64,000 bases of DNA. It comes from an uncultured Eubacteriales bacterium. GTDB taxonomy: Bacteria > Acidobacteriota > Aminicenantia > Aminicenantales > Aminicenantaceae. The notes under the pieces are model-generated. The model saw only the letters and a list, made by a program, of their open reading frames with translations, was not told where the DNA came from and did not search any database. The position numbers and the translations under genes were made by a program. This document shows, in pieces, positions 1 to 9,467 of the stretch. Within the stretch, counting starts at the first letter, position 1. Every line of letters begins with the position of its first letter. The stretch spans positions 1,658 to 65,657 of the forward strand of contig CAYTTR010000009.1 of NCBI GenBank assembly GCA_964440805.1. The letters are read 5' to 3'.

Positions 1-28
1 GATTTTATTTTTAATAGGATTTTATCAG

Positions 29-304
29 ATGAAAGTTAGAGTTTTAGTTTCATTCAAAGAAAGCGTCCTAGATCCCCAAGGGCAAACCGTAAAAAATGCT
101 CTTCACTCTCTGGGTTATAATCTCGTCAAGGATGTAAGGCAGGGAAAAGTTTTTGAATTGGAACTTGAAGGCATCTCCGAAGAAGAGGCCCAACGATTAA
201 TTCCTGAAATTGCCGATAAGGTCTTAGCCAATCCTATAATCGAAAAATTTCACTGGGAAATTCTTTCCAGCCAAAGCTTTTCCCAACGGACACAAAAGCG
301 GTGA
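29..304 (+). CDS. purS: phosphoribosylformylglycinamidine synthase subunit PurS
   Basis: 91-aa ORF with the PurS fold signature (MKVRVLV..ESVLDPQGQTV..ALHSLGY); immediately followed by purQ and purL. Confidence 0.85.
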   Translation: MKVRVLVSFKESVLDPQGQTVKNALHSLGYNLVKDVRQGKVFELELEGISEEEAQRLIPEIADKVLANPIIEKFHWEILSSQSFSQRTQKR

Positions 305-359
305 AAACCCAGCTTAAAACCTGCTTCATTATTACCCGGCTCACAAAAAGAAGGACCGG

Positions 360-1049
360 ATGAAATTCGGTGTAGTTGTATTTCCCGGTTCCAATTGTGA
401 TTATGATACATATCATGTAACTAAAAAAGTTTTCGGTCAGGATACAGTTTTTCTCTGGCATAAAGATCATGACCTGCAAAAAGCGGATTGTTTAATTCTG
501 CCCGGTGGATTTTCTTATGGAGATTATCTCCGTTCAGGGGCTATTGCCAAATTTTCTCCTCTAATGCAAGAAGTCAAGGAATTCGCTCTTAAGGGAGGTT
601 TGGTCCTGGGTATCTGTAACGGATTTCAGGTCCTTCTTGAACTCAACCTTCTTCCAGGAGCCATGATCAGAAACAAAAACCTCAAGTTTCTTTGCCAGCA
701 AGTTCACCTTCATATTGCCAATTCAGTGACCCCATTTACCAACTCGGGGAAAAAAAGCCAGGTATTGAAAATACCCATTGCCCATTATGACGGCAATTAT
801 TATGCTCCACCTGAAACCCTGACCGCTTTGAAAAAGAATAATCAAATTGTTTTCCAATATTGTGACTCAGAAGGCCAGCTCACTGAAAAATCCAACGTAA
901 ACGGCTCCCTGGAAAACATCGCCGGTTTGATAAACAGAGAAGGAAACGTTTTGGGTATGATACCCCACCCTGAAAGGGCCTCTGAAAATCTTTTGGGAAG
1001 TGATGATGGACGAGTGATTTTCGAATCTATTATTAAATATGTAGGTTAA
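360..1049 (+). CDS. purQ: phosphoribosylformylglycinamidine synthase glutaminase subunit PurQ
   Basis: 229 aa; class I glutamine amidotransferase motifs (GICNGFQ, HPE at C-terminus); purS-purQ-purL order. Confidence 0.9.
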   Translation: MKFGVVVFPGSNCDYDTYHVTKKVFGQDTVFLWHKDHDLQKADCLILPGGFSYGDYLRSGAIAKFSPLMQEVKEFALKGGLVLGICNGFQVLLELNLLPGAMIRNKNLKFLCQQVHLHIANSVTPFTNSGKKSQVLKIPIAHYDGNYYAPPETLTALKKNNQIVFQYCDSEGQLTEKSNVNGSLENIAGLINREGNVLGMIPHPERASENLLGSDDGRVIFESIIKYVG

Positions 1050-1090
1050 GAAGAAATGAGTCAGACTAATAGGAAAGGAAGGAGCTGAGC

Positions 1091-3304
1091 TTGATCGACC
1101 AAAAGATAATCAAGGACCACAACCTGACAGAAGAAGAATTCCAAAAAATAGTTGAACTTATCGGCCGCGAACCAAACCTGACCGAGCTGGGAATATTTTC
1201 TCTTATGTGGTCAGAGCACTGCAGCTATAAAAGCTCCAAGATTCATTTGAAAAAATTCCCAATTTCCGGGGAAAGAGTGATTCAAGGACCGGGAGAGAAT
1301 GCAGGTATTATCGATATCGGTGAGGGAATGGCGGCTGTTTTTAAAATTGAATCCCACAACCATCCTTCTTTCATAGAGCCCTACCAGGGAGCAGCCACTG
1401 GGGTAGGAGGCATTCTGAGGGATATTTTCACCATGGGTGCCCGGCCTATAGCTCTTCTGGATTCTCTGCGCTTCGGTCCTCTTGAAAACCAGAAAAACAA
1501 AGTAATTATGGAGGGTGTGGTTTCAGGCATATCAGGTTACGGCAACTCTACCGGTGTACCTACCGTAGGTGGTGAAGTCTACTTTAATAAATGCTATTCC
1601 CTGAATCCTTTAGTCAATGTTTTTTGCTTGGGATTGGCCAGAAAAAATAAAATTTTTTATGCCAAGGCTGAAGGTATTGGAAATCCGGTGCTTTATGTAG
1701 GCTCTAAAACTGGACGGGATGGAATCCATGGAGCCACCATGGCCTCAGCCGAATTCGACGATGATTTCGAACAAAAACGGCCCAATGTTCAGGTAGGAGA
1801 TCCATTCAAGGAAAAACTTCTCCTGGAAGCCTGCCTGGAAATCATGGCCAAAGACCTGATTATCGGCATTCAGGATATGGGAGCAGCCGGCCTTACCTGT
1901 TCCACCACAGAGATGGCCTCAAAATCCGGGGCTGGAATCGAAATCGATCTTGACCTGGTCCCTCAAAGGGAAGAAGACATGACCCCGCACGAAATCATGT
2001 TGTCCGAATCTCAGGAAAGAATGCTTCTGGTGGCTAAGAAAGATAAAGTGGAAGAAATCCAGAAAATCTTCTCTAAATGGGATCTTGATGCAGTAGTAAT
2101 CGGCAAAGTGGTGGAAGGTGGACAGTTGAAAGTCAAATATAAAAGCCAAGTTGTAGTGGATATTCCCGTGAATGCAGTGGTCAATCTTTGTCCGGTTTAC
2201 CACCGGGAAGGGAAAGAACCTACAGAGAGAAAAGCTAATGTCCTGACCAAGCTCCCTCCTGCCCCAATCAATCTCGAGCAAGACTTCCTCCGTCTTCTTT
2301 CTTCTCCCACCATTGCCTGCAAAGAATGGATCTACAGACAATACGACCATATGGTTCAAATAAATACGGTTTTTCTTCCCGGAGCAGATGCTTCCTTATT
2401 ACGCTTGAAAGGAAAGAAAAAAGCTATCGCTATATCCCTTGACGGCAATTCCCTTTACTGCCGTCTTGAGCCAAAAAAAGGTGGTAAAATTGCGGTGGCC
2501 GAAGCCTGCCGGAATCTGACTTGTGTCGGAGCCTACCCGGTAGGAGTTACCAATTGCCTGAACTTTGGTAATCCCGAGAAACCGGAGGTCATGTGGGAAT
2601 TCAAAGAAGTTGTGGAAGGAATAGCCGAAGCCTGCCGGGATTTCAATATTCCGATAACCGGCGGGAATGTCAGCTTCTACAACGAAACTGGAGGAAAATC
2701 AATTTTCCCTACCCCCGTAGTTGGAGTCGTTGGTCTAATCGATGATATCAAGCTTACGGTTGATCCTGGTTTTAAAGAAGAAGGAGATTTTATCTTTCTT
2801 ATCGGAAACACCAGGGAAGAATTGGGAGGTTCAGAGTACCTCAAAGAAATTCACAGACAAGAACTGGGGCCAGTTCCGGAAATTGACCTGGAACTGGAAA
2901 AGAAAGTTCAGTTGCTTTGTCGACAAGCTATAAATAAAAAGCTTCTAAGGTCTGCCCATGATCTTTCTGAAGGAGGTCTGGCTGTAGCAATTTCAGAGAG
3001 CTGCTTCTGGAGTCCCCGGAAACTTGGCTCCACCATTTACCTTGAACCTGATCAACTGGCACATGTTTTTCTCTTCAGTGAAAGCCAATCTCGCCTTCTT
3101 GTTTCATTGAAAAAAGAAAAAGACTTTCTGGCTCTTTCGCAAGAAGTTAGAGTTCCCGTCTCCCGGTTGGGTCAAACGGGGGGAAAAATGATTTCCTTTA
3201 TTCAAGGTGATAAAAGCATTCTCTCTGTGCCAGTGGAACAGGCTTATTTTGCCTGGAAAAATAGCATACCTAATTTATTCAATCTATTGGGAGAAAAGGA
3301 ATAA
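1091..3304 (+). CDS. purL: phosphoribosylformylglycinamidine synthase subunit PurL (FGAM synthase II)
   Basis: 737 aa; TTG start with AGGAAGGAG SD; two AIR-synthase-related repeats typical of small PurL. Confidence 0.9.
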   Translation: MIDQKIIKDHNLTEEEFQKIVELIGREPNLTELGIFSLMWSEHCSYKSSKIHLKKFPISGERVIQGPGENAGIIDIGEGMAAVFKIESHNHPSFIEPYQGAATGVGGILRDIFTMGARPIALLDSLRFGPLENQKNKVIMEGVVSGISGYGNSTGVPTVGGEVYFNKCYSLNPLVNVFCLGLARKNKIFYAKAEGIGNPVLYVGSKTGRDGIHGATMASAEFDDDFEQKRPNVQVGDPFKEKLLLEACLEIMAKDLIIGIQDMGAAGLTCSTTEMASKSGAGIEIDLDLVPQREEDMTPHEIMLSESQERMLLVAKKDKVEEIQKIFSKWDLDAVVIGKVVEGGQLKVKYKSQVVVDIPVNAVVNLCPVYHREGKEPTERKANVLTKLPPAPINLEQDFLRLLSSPTIACKEWIYRQYDHMVQINTVFLPGADASLLRLKGKKKAIAISLDGNSLYCRLEPKKGGKIAVAEACRNLTCVGAYPVGVTNCLNFGNPEKPEVMWEFKEVVEGIAEACRDFNIPITGGNVSFYNETGGKSIFPTPVVGVVGLIDDIKLTVDPGFKEEGDFIFLIGNTREELGGSEYLKEIHRQELGPVPEIDLELEKKVQLLCRQAINKKLLRSAHDLSEGGLAVAISESCFWSPRKLGSTIYLEPDQLAHVFLFSESQSRLLVSLKKEKDFLALSQEVRVPVSRLGQTGGKMISFIQGDKSILSVPVEQAYFAWKNSIPNLFNLLGEKE

Positions 3305-3323
3305 ATCCCGGAAACAAAGTCTA

Positions 3324-4214
3324 ATGAAGATCAATAAAATAACTAAACGCATTCACACCTGGATCATCACATTTCTCCTAATGTTTTGCCTCTTGCCTTC
3401 CTTCATGCAAGGACAGATCAGGATAAAATTTTCTACTGGTATTAATTATCTTTCTCTAAATGAAGTCAATCAAACTCTTGTCGACTGGAAAAAAAGCCTG
3501 GAACTCACCACCGCCACGATGCACAATTGGAATTTTACTGGAGGAAAGATAAAGGAACTTCATAAAGCTTTTGAATTTGAGGGAGAATTGTTGGCCGAAG
3601 TCTTACCTTTTCTTTCAGTGGGTCTTGGCTCAGGGTACCTTCATGGAGAATCTGAAGAAAAAGATACCTGGGCAACTTTAGACAGGGTTCGGGGAGATAT
3701 AGTTTTGGGAGAATACATTTATATAAGGCCTACCAAGGCCAGCGGTATTCCTGTAACTTTGAACCTTTATGCTCATCTTCCCTTGACATCAAGGTTAAAA
3801 CTTTTTCTTAAAGGAGGAGGAGGCTATCTCTGGGCTAAATACATTGAGCAGAATGGATTAAAGCTGGTTTCTGATGAACGCTTCAGCTATTCTGAATCTT
3901 ATAATACTTCTGGCAGCAGCCCCTTGGTTCAGGCTGGTTTGGGAATGCGCCTGGAGCTTAAACCAAACTTGAGCTTGGTAGTAGAAGGGCAAATCCGGAA
4001 AGCTAGAGTTAAAGGATTCACTGGTGAGAATAAAGCTGGAGATGAGGGTACTCTCTATTTCATTGAAGAACTCCAAGAAGAATCTGGCTCTTGGTTGGTT
4101 AAACATCTTTTGTCATCCGAGTTTCCAGAAGGAGAAAATATCCGGTCAGTCAAGGATGCTGTGGTTGATTTCAGTGGATTTTCACTTAAACTAGGTTTCA
4201 TAATAAATTTCTAA
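3324..4214 (+). CDS. putative outer-membrane beta-barrel protein (hypothetical)
   Basis: The track ORF 3207..4214 overlaps purL, so the start was moved to the internal ATG at 3324. That start gives a signal peptide (MKINKITKRIHTWIITFLLMFCLLPSFMQGQ). Alternating hydrophobic pattern and C-terminal ...INF aromatic terminus. Confidence 0.45.
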   Translation: MKINKITKRIHTWIITFLLMFCLLPSFMQGQIRIKFSTGINYLSLNEVNQTLVDWKKSLELTTATMHNWNFTGGKIKELHKAFEFEGELLAEVLPFLSVGLGSGYLHGESEEKDTWATLDRVRGDIVLGEYIYIRPTKASGIPVTLNLYAHLPLTSRLKLFLKGGGGYLWAKYIEQNGLKLVSDERFSYSESYNTSGSSPLVQAGLGMRLELKPNLSLVVEGQIRKARVKGFTGENKAGDEGTLYFIEELQEESGSWLVKHLLSSEFPEGENIRSVKDAVVDFSGFSLKLGFIINF

Positions 4215-4219
4215 GAAGG

Positions 4220-4861
4220 ATGACTATGACTGAAGAAATATTTCGCAGCCCAAAAAAAAGAGGGAAGGTGGTTGTTTTTCTCTCCGGACGCGGCTCTAAT
4301 TTTTTGGCCATTCATGATGGCATAAAGGAAGGAAGGATTAATGCAGATATAGTCCTTGTTTTCAGCAACAAGAAGGAAGCTAAGGGATTGGAGCTTGCCC
4401 GGGAGCAGGGATTGGAGACTTTCTTTCTCGATCCTAAGGAATTTGGTAGTAGGGAAGAATACGACCAGAGAGCCGCAGAAGAAGTAGAAAAGCGAAAAGC
4501 AGACCTTATCTGTCTTGCAGGTTACATGAGAATAATCACTCCTCAGTTTTGTCAACGGTTCAAAAACAGAATGATGAACATACACCCTGCCTTATTACCT
4601 TCTTTTCCGGGGCTCCATGTCCAGAAAAAGGCCGTGGAATGGGGAGTCCGCTATTCTGGTGCCACTGTTCATTTTGTGACCCCGGAAGTTGATATGGGTC
4701 CCATCATTCTCCAGGCAGTTGTGCCGGTAAAACAGGGTGACACGGAAGATAGCTTGAGCCAAAGAATACTCAAGGAAGAACACAAGATTTATCCTGAAGC
4801 AGTCAAACTTTATTTCGAAGGAAGAATTGAAGTCAGGGGAAGAAGAGTATTCATCCTTTAA
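4220..4861 (+). CDS. purN: phosphoribosylglycinamide formyltransferase PurN
   Basis: 213 aa; folate-dependent formyltransferase motifs (VVFLSGRGSN..., NIHPALLP, HFVTPEVDMGPII). Confidence 0.85.
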   Translation: MTMTEEIFRSPKKRGKVVVFLSGRGSNFLAIHDGIKEGRINADIVLVFSNKKEAKGLELAREQGLETFFLDPKEFGSREEYDQRAAEEVEKRKADLICLAGYMRIITPQFCQRFKNRMMNIHPALLPSFPGLHVQKKAVEWGVRYSGATVHFVTPEVDMGPIILQAVVPVKQGDTEDSLSQRILKEEHKIYPEAVKLYFEGRIEVRGRRVFIL

Positions 4862-5200
4862 ATCACATTTCAGTCTATTCCGTCTATCTGGTCTATTTGG
4901 TCTATTTGGTCTATTTGGTCTATTTAGTCTGGATAGGGCAAGACAAGAGAGAAAAGCGAGACGAGCGAGAAAGAGAAGCGTTACTTGCGTTTATTGAGTT
5001 ACTTGCGTTCTTTGTGAGCGACCGTAGGGAGCGTGGCGATCCCAAATTCGTCCGGGAAGGGAAAAGAGAGGCGTTTCATTCTGCCTTTCCCGGTTTATTA
5101 GTAGATTGCCGCGTCACTCGGCTACGCCTCGTTCCTCGCAATGACGGAGCGTCATTTTCATTGCTTGAGTGTGGTAAGCTTGACATGGGGAATTAGCTTG
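4862..5200. repeat. repeat-rich GC-elevated intergenic element, family copy A (5x GGTCTATTT tandem repeat, purine-rich GCGAG block, duplicated GTTACTTGCGTT motif)
   Basis: Tandem 9-mers at 4885-4930; shares ordered blocks (gtctattc ... gcgag/gaagag ... gcgtt-act-tgcgtt) with 6588-6790 and, inverted, 25025-25397. Confidence 0.4.
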
Positions 5201-5329
5201 AAAATGACTGCCCTTTAAGGCAGCAATGCTTTAAATGGATAATCAAACAGAGGATCTTCCTTGAAAATATTTGGTAAAACATATATTTTAAATTTCTATC
5301 AACTTATAATTACAACGATGAGGATTTAA

Positions 5330-6586
5330 ATGAACGAAGTTGGAAAACAACTGGATTACCTCAAAAAAGGATGTGTGGATATCATTCAGGAAGAAGAATT
5401 CAAGTCAAAAATTGAGAATTCTTTGAAAGAAAAGACACCTTTGCGGATTAAGGCAGGATTTGATCCCACTGCTCCTGATATCCATTTAGGTCATACCGTC
5501 TTGATCCGTAAAATGAAACACTTTCAGGATTTTGGCCATGATGTAATTTTTCTCATTGGTGATTTCACCGGACTAATCGGAGATCCTTCCGGAAGATCTG
5601 CGACAAGGCCGGCTATGACCAGGGAACAAATAAATGAAAACGCCGAAACTTACAAAGAACAGATCTTCAAGATTCTGGATCCAGATAAAACTATAATTGA
5701 TTTCAACTCCCGCTGGCTGGCAAAATTGACAAGCTTTGATATTATCAATCTGTCTGCCAAGTATACAGTTGCCCGGCTTCTGGAAAGGGATGATTTTTCC
5801 AGAAGACTAAAAAACGGCCTTCCCATCTCAGTTCATGAACTTCTTTACCCTTTAATGCAAGCCTATGATTCAGTAGCCCTGAAGGCAGATGTGGAGCTGG
5901 GAGGCACTGACCAGAAATTCAACCTGCTGGTAGGAAGAGAGATTCAAAGGGAATTCGGCCAGGAACCTCAGGTAGTAATGACCATGCCTCTTTTAGAAGG
6001 ACTTAACGGAGTTGAAAAAATGAGCAAGTCACTCCAGAATTATGTGGGAATCACTGAAGCTCCTGAAGAAATGTTCGGTAAATTAATGTCTATTTCCGAT
6101 GAATTAATGTTCCGTTATTACGAACTTCTGACAGACATACCCCTTTCTCAAATAGAACAATTGAAAGCTGATATTCAAAAGGGAAAGGTTAACCCCCGCG
6201 ACCTCAAAACCGGGCTGGCCCGGACTATTGTGGCCGATTTCTGGGGAAAGAAAAAAGCCGAGGAAGCCCGGATGGAATTCGACCGGGTGTTCAAACATAA
6301 AGAGATCCCTTCAGAAGTAAAAGAAATACCGGTCAGCCAACCGGTATACCCTTTGGTGAATCTATTGGTGGAAGAAAAAATCCTGCCTTCCAGGGGAGAA
6401 GCCAAACGGCTGATCCGGCAAGGAGGGATTTACTTAGATGGACAGAGGGTCGATGATATCGACATCAAAATAGAACTTAAGACCAAAAAGGAAACTATTC
6501 TCAGGATTGGAAAAAGAAAATTCTTCAAACTGGTTTTTGGGGACGTTCCCCAAAGGGACACCCCTTTCCCTGAAGAAAAACAATAA
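5330..6586 (+). CDS. tyrS: tyrosine--tRNA ligase TyrS
   Basis: 418 aa; class I HIGH (HLGH) and KMSKS motifs; C-terminal S4 domain; last ~15 codons are encoded by a REP-like repeat. Confidence 0.9.
   Translation: MNEVGKQLDYLKKGCVDIIQEEEFKSKIENSLKEKTPLRIKAGFDPTAPDIHLGHTVLIRKMKHFQDFGHDVIFLIGDFTGLIGDPSGRSATRPAMTREQINENAETYKEQIFKILDPDKTIIDFNSRWLAKLTSFDIINLSAKYTVARLLERDDFSRRLKNGLPISVHELLYPLMQAYDSVALKADVELGGTDQKFNLLVGREIQREFGQEPQVVMTMPLLEGLNGVEKMSKSLQNYVGITEAPEEMFGKLMSISDELMFRYYELLTDIPLSQIEQLKADIQKGKVNPRDLKTGLARTIVADFWGKKKAEEARMEFDRVFKHKEIPSEVKEIPVSQPVYPLVNLLVEEKILPSRGEAKRLIRQGGIYLDGQRVDDIDIKIELKTKKETILRIGKRKFFKLVFGDVPQRDTPFPEEKQ
6539..6570 (+). repeat. REP-like dispersed element copy 1 (GGGGACGTTCCCCAAAGGGACACCCC) inside tyrS 3' end
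   Basis: Near-identical 26-mer also at 61738-61771, variant at 29883-29914 and reverse-complement tandem at 29995-30033. Confidence 0.5.
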
Positions 6587-6587
6587 T

Positions 6588-6790
6588 AGAGTCTGTTCAG
6601 TCTATTCAGTTGATTAAATGAAGAGGAGCATGGCGAGCAGGAAGAGTTTATAGCGTTTACTGCGTTTTTTGCGTCAGTAGCATTTATTTACTTTTATCTG
6701 GTTTGTTTAGTTTATCCACTCAATCTGGTTTGTCTGGTATAACTTGGTGAAAGAGGCAAGGCTGGCAAAAAAAATGAGACTAAATAAACA
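6588..6790. repeat. repeat-rich intergenic element, family copy B
   Basis: Contains AATCAACTGAATAGACTGAACAGACT (reverse complement; 24/25 identity to 25336-25360), GCGTTTACTGCGTT, GGTTTGTCTGG and AGGCAAGGCTGGC blocks shared with copies A and C. Confidence 0.4.
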
Positions 6791-6816
6791 AGATAAAAAA
6801 GAAAAGAACCGAAAAA

Positions 6817-8295
6817 TCAATAAGGAGGAGGGAAAAACTTTGGTTTTCGGCCGAAAATCTTTTTATATATTTGAGGATAAGCATCCTTTCCTCCAATTAG
6901 AAGACAGGTAAGAGGAAGTACTTTTTCTGCCTCTGCCCTCATTTTCCCCGCAATATTCCGGATATCCCACTGAGCTGTAGCGTCTTCCCTGAGGCGTGAG
7001 ATATGATACAGTTCTCTGGCATTTACCTTTAAAAGAACCCTTCTACGATGAGCATTAGTCAGGATATATGAGGCTCCATTTTCAAGGCACCGATTGAGTT
7101 CTTCATAAACCTCATCCGTTTTCCGGATAACTTCGAGAAATTGCTTTTCTTCCCCGATTTCCTTGACGGAAGGAGGCACAATTACTCCAAGCGAGGGATC
7201 ATATTCCTGAACCGTCAAGGTAGCCATTCTATGCCTTTTAAGCTGGGCAAAGCAGGCTGCTGAGACCACAAGTTCAAAGGTCAGATCTATAAACTCCCAT
7301 TCCCTAAGAGCCGCATCATAAAACTCCATATGGCGGAAGGCCGTTTTTACGAGATCCATTTTCTCATCACGGCTTATTTTTTTTACCCGATCTAAACACT
7401 CTCCATATGACGCCTTTAAGGCAGAAAGAAGAAGAGCTGCCAGTAGTTTTTCATCTCCATCCGGAGTAAAGTCAATCAGGCGGACATCTTCTCGACTTGG
7501 ATTTTCTCCATGAATTAAATCTTTGGCTTTATTCTTTAAGTCTTCAGGCGTTTGGGCATCAAAATCACTGGCCTCTGTGAAAAGAATAATAGAGGGAGCA
7601 ACTTCCTTGGCCAATTGATATATATTCCGGTTAAGCTCAGCCAGTTCAATTAGTTTTTTGGCTGCCATTCGTCGGATAAAATATTCCAAATTGCGGGCAT
7701 TGAGAGTCATCCCCAATTGCCCCAGAGTAGCAAGACAGACAGCATAGCGGGCATCTTCTTTGGCCCAACCTTCCAAAAGAGAATGTTTTTTTGGATTTTC
7801 AGCCAAGTCTTTATGGCATTGGAAAATAAAAGGCCTGAGTTTCTTATAAAGCCTGAAATAGAGATCGTTTTGCAGCTTAACCGTCTTTAGGAAAATACTT
7901 TCCTTGCCCGCCTTTTTGACTTCTTCCGGCAGGAGAAAATCACCTTGTAAAGTGATGTATCGTTGTGATTTCTCAGTATATGAACCAAGCCTGAATCGCT
8001 CGATTTCTTCAATAGCCAACCGGCTGACACCGATTATATCAAAGTTAAATACTGCATGTTCAGCTACTGAATGATGTCCCATTTTGAAAATTATATTCCG
8101 GTTGGAACGCCTGGCCCTTTCCACTTCTTCTCTGGCAATTTTTCTTAACCGGTCGACCGGCCGGGGATCCCGGGAAATCCGGGCATAAGCAGCAGAAAGG
8201 GTTTCCGGAGTTACATCATCACGTGAAGGAGAATTTTTTTTCAGTTCCTTTAGGACTTGGGCATCAACATTATAACCTGCTAAGATGACTTTCAT
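6817..8295 (-). CDS. thyX: FAD-dependent thymidylate synthase ThyX-like, tandem two-domain form
   Basis: Two ThyX-like halves. Domain 1: HHSVAEHAVFNF...RFRLGSYTEKSQRY (RHR replaced by RFR, Ser retained) and NARNLEYF. Domain 2: RHRMATLTVQEY (RHR retained, Ser lost) and NARELY...AQWDIRNIA. Start chosen at the second ATG (AGAGAGAA SD) rather than track 8334. Confidence 0.55.
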   Translation of the reverse strand: MKVILAGYNVDAQVLKELKKNSPSRDDVTPETLSAAYARISRDPRPVDRLRKIAREEVERARRSNRNIIFKMGHHSVAEHAVFNFDIIGVSRLAIEEIERFRLGSYTEKSQRYITLQGDFLLPEEVKKAGKESIFLKTVKLQNDLYFRLYKKLRPFIFQCHKDLAENPKKHSLLEGWAKEDARYAVCLATLGQLGMTLNARNLEYFIRRMAAKKLIELAELNRNIYQLAKEVAPSIILFTEASDFDAQTPEDLKNKAKDLIHGENPSREDVRLIDFTPDGDEKLLAALLLSALKASYGECLDRVKKISRDEKMDLVKTAFRHMEFYDAALREWEFIDLTFELVVSAACFAQLKRHRMATLTVQEYDPSLGVIVPPSVKEIGEEKQFLEVIRKTDEVYEELNRCLENGASYILTNAHRRRVLLKVNARELYHISRLREDATAQWDIRNIAGKMRAEAEKVLPLTCLLIGGKDAYPQIYKKIFGRKPKFFPPPY

Positions 8296-8432
8296 GGTTC
8301 TCTCTACAATAAAAAGAGGCTGAAAAAATGTCAATATAACAACCTGTTCATTAAATATTTATTTTGAGTTAATCACATTATAGAAAAAACTAAATAAATT
8401 TTTCCTTGATTTTTTATTTTATTAATCCTATA

Positions 8433-8460
8433 TTGACTATACATTCGATACAATTAGAAT
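8433..8460 (+). promoter_or_regulatory. candidate sigma70 promoter for the porin-cytochrome operon (TTGACT-16 bp-TAGAAT)
   Basis: -35 TTGACT at 8433-8438 and -10 TAGAAT at 8455-8460 in an AT-rich 250-bp leader upstream of 8591. Confidence 0.3.
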
Positions 8461-8590
8461 GTTTTTATGAATGGAGCGAGAAAAAATCGTCCGAAAATCT
8501 CATTTTGTCTGCCAATTTCCGTTCTTTTCTTTAAAGAAGATAATGTTAATTTTTTTATTCTAAAGAAAATCCGTTACAAGGAGGTCCGGC

Positions 8591-9457
8591 TTGCCCATTT
8601 TAATTAAATCAGTTAAAAGCAAAAACCCTATTACTTCTTTTTTCCAAATTACCAGCGGGATTATCTTCATCTTTCTAATCATTTTTTTCCTAACAGCCGC
8701 CAGAGTTCCTATCCAAGAAACAACAGTGGAAACATGTTCTGTATGTCATGAGGAAGCAGGACTAAAATTCGCTTCCAATCCCCACTCATCAATTGAAAAC
8801 TGTTCTCTCTGTCACCCTGGGGAAAAAACTCATTTGGAAGAAGGAGGGGGTTCCAATATTTTTGCCTTTAAAGCTGAAGATATACCTAATCAAAAAACTG
8901 AAATATGCCTTCAATGCCACAGTAAAGAAGCGGGCCGATATCAATCAAGTCCTCATGGAAAATCTTCCTATGACTGCCTGACTTGTCACCAGATTCACCA
9001 AGAAAACTCCTTTCCATCGCTTCTAAAATCCGAGGAGACAAAAACATGTTCTTCCTGTCACGGGGAAATCTTGTCCCTTTTTCAGCTTAATGAAAAACAC
9101 CGTCTGCTTGAAGGAATCCTGAGTTGTTCAAGCTGTCACGACCCCCATGGCCCCTCGACCCAGACAATTATGGCCGGATTCAAGCATGAATCATGCCTTA
9201 AATGTCACCGGGATAAAGGAGGTCCATATCTTTACGAACATGGGGCCTCCCGTATAGAAGGGTGCACATCTTGTCACGAAGTTCACGGATCACCCAATCA
9301 GCATCTTTTGATAACCCAAAGTGTGGCTGATCTATGTTTCAGTTGCCATGGGGCTGCTCCTGCCTGGCATTCCCGCTTTGATTCCTATTCTACCAACTGT
9401 ACGGTTTGCCATACGGCAATCCATGGCTCCAATCTCAGTAAGATTTTCTTGAAATAG
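8591..9457 (+). CDS. periplasmic decaheme c-type cytochrome (MtrA/MtoA/OmaB-like)
   Basis: 288 aa; N-terminal hydrophobic anchor or signal sequence; 10 CxxCH motifs (CSVCH, CSLCH, CLQCH, CLTCH, CSSCH x2, CLKCH, CTSCH, CFSCH, CTVCH); first gene of a tightly spaced three-gene cluster. Confidence 0.75.
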   Translation: MPILIKSVKSKNPITSFFQITSGIIFIFLIIFFLTAARVPIQETTVETCSVCHEEAGLKFASNPHSSIENCSLCHPGEKTHLEEGGGSNIFAFKAEDIPNQKTEICLQCHSKEAGRYQSSPHGKSSYDCLTCHQIHQENSFPSLLKSEETKTCSSCHGEILSLFQLNEKHRLLEGILSCSSCHDPHGPSTQTIMAGFKHESCLKCHRDKGGPYLYEHGASRIEGCTSCHEVHGSPNQHLLITQSVADLCFSCHGAAPAWHSRFDSYSTNCTVCHTAIHGSNLSKIFLK

Positions 9458-9467
9458 GAGGAAGAGA

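Noticed and set aside
1919-2359. Antisense or overlapping small ORFs across the window (e.g. 234..479, 1919..2359, 8793..8981, 11952..12368, 23105..23470, 28576..29091, 45098..45571, 63406..63864)
   Set aside because: Each is embedded in, or antisense to, a longer conserved gene with strong homology. Their compositions are typical of shadow ORFs
4885-4930. Possible CRISPR array (also 25131-25166)
   Set aside because: The repeats are 9-bp perfect tandem units with no spacers, far shorter than CRISPR repeats. No cas genes are nearby. They are better described as minisatellites inside a repeat-family element
4897-5196. Track ORFs inside repeat or GC-island regions (4897..5196, 13515..13697, 19034..19249)
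   Set aside because: They lie wholly within repeated or palindromic DNA, lack SD sequences and have low-complexity, Arg/Glu-rich translations. They are considered non-coding
4862-5329. T-box riboswitch, RNase P RNA or tmRNA in the long tyrS leader
   Set aside because: No AAUUAGGGUGGNACCGCG T-box sequence or terminator T-run. Matches to RNase P (AAGUCCGGGC) are only partial. No tmRNA tag or 3' tRNA-like end
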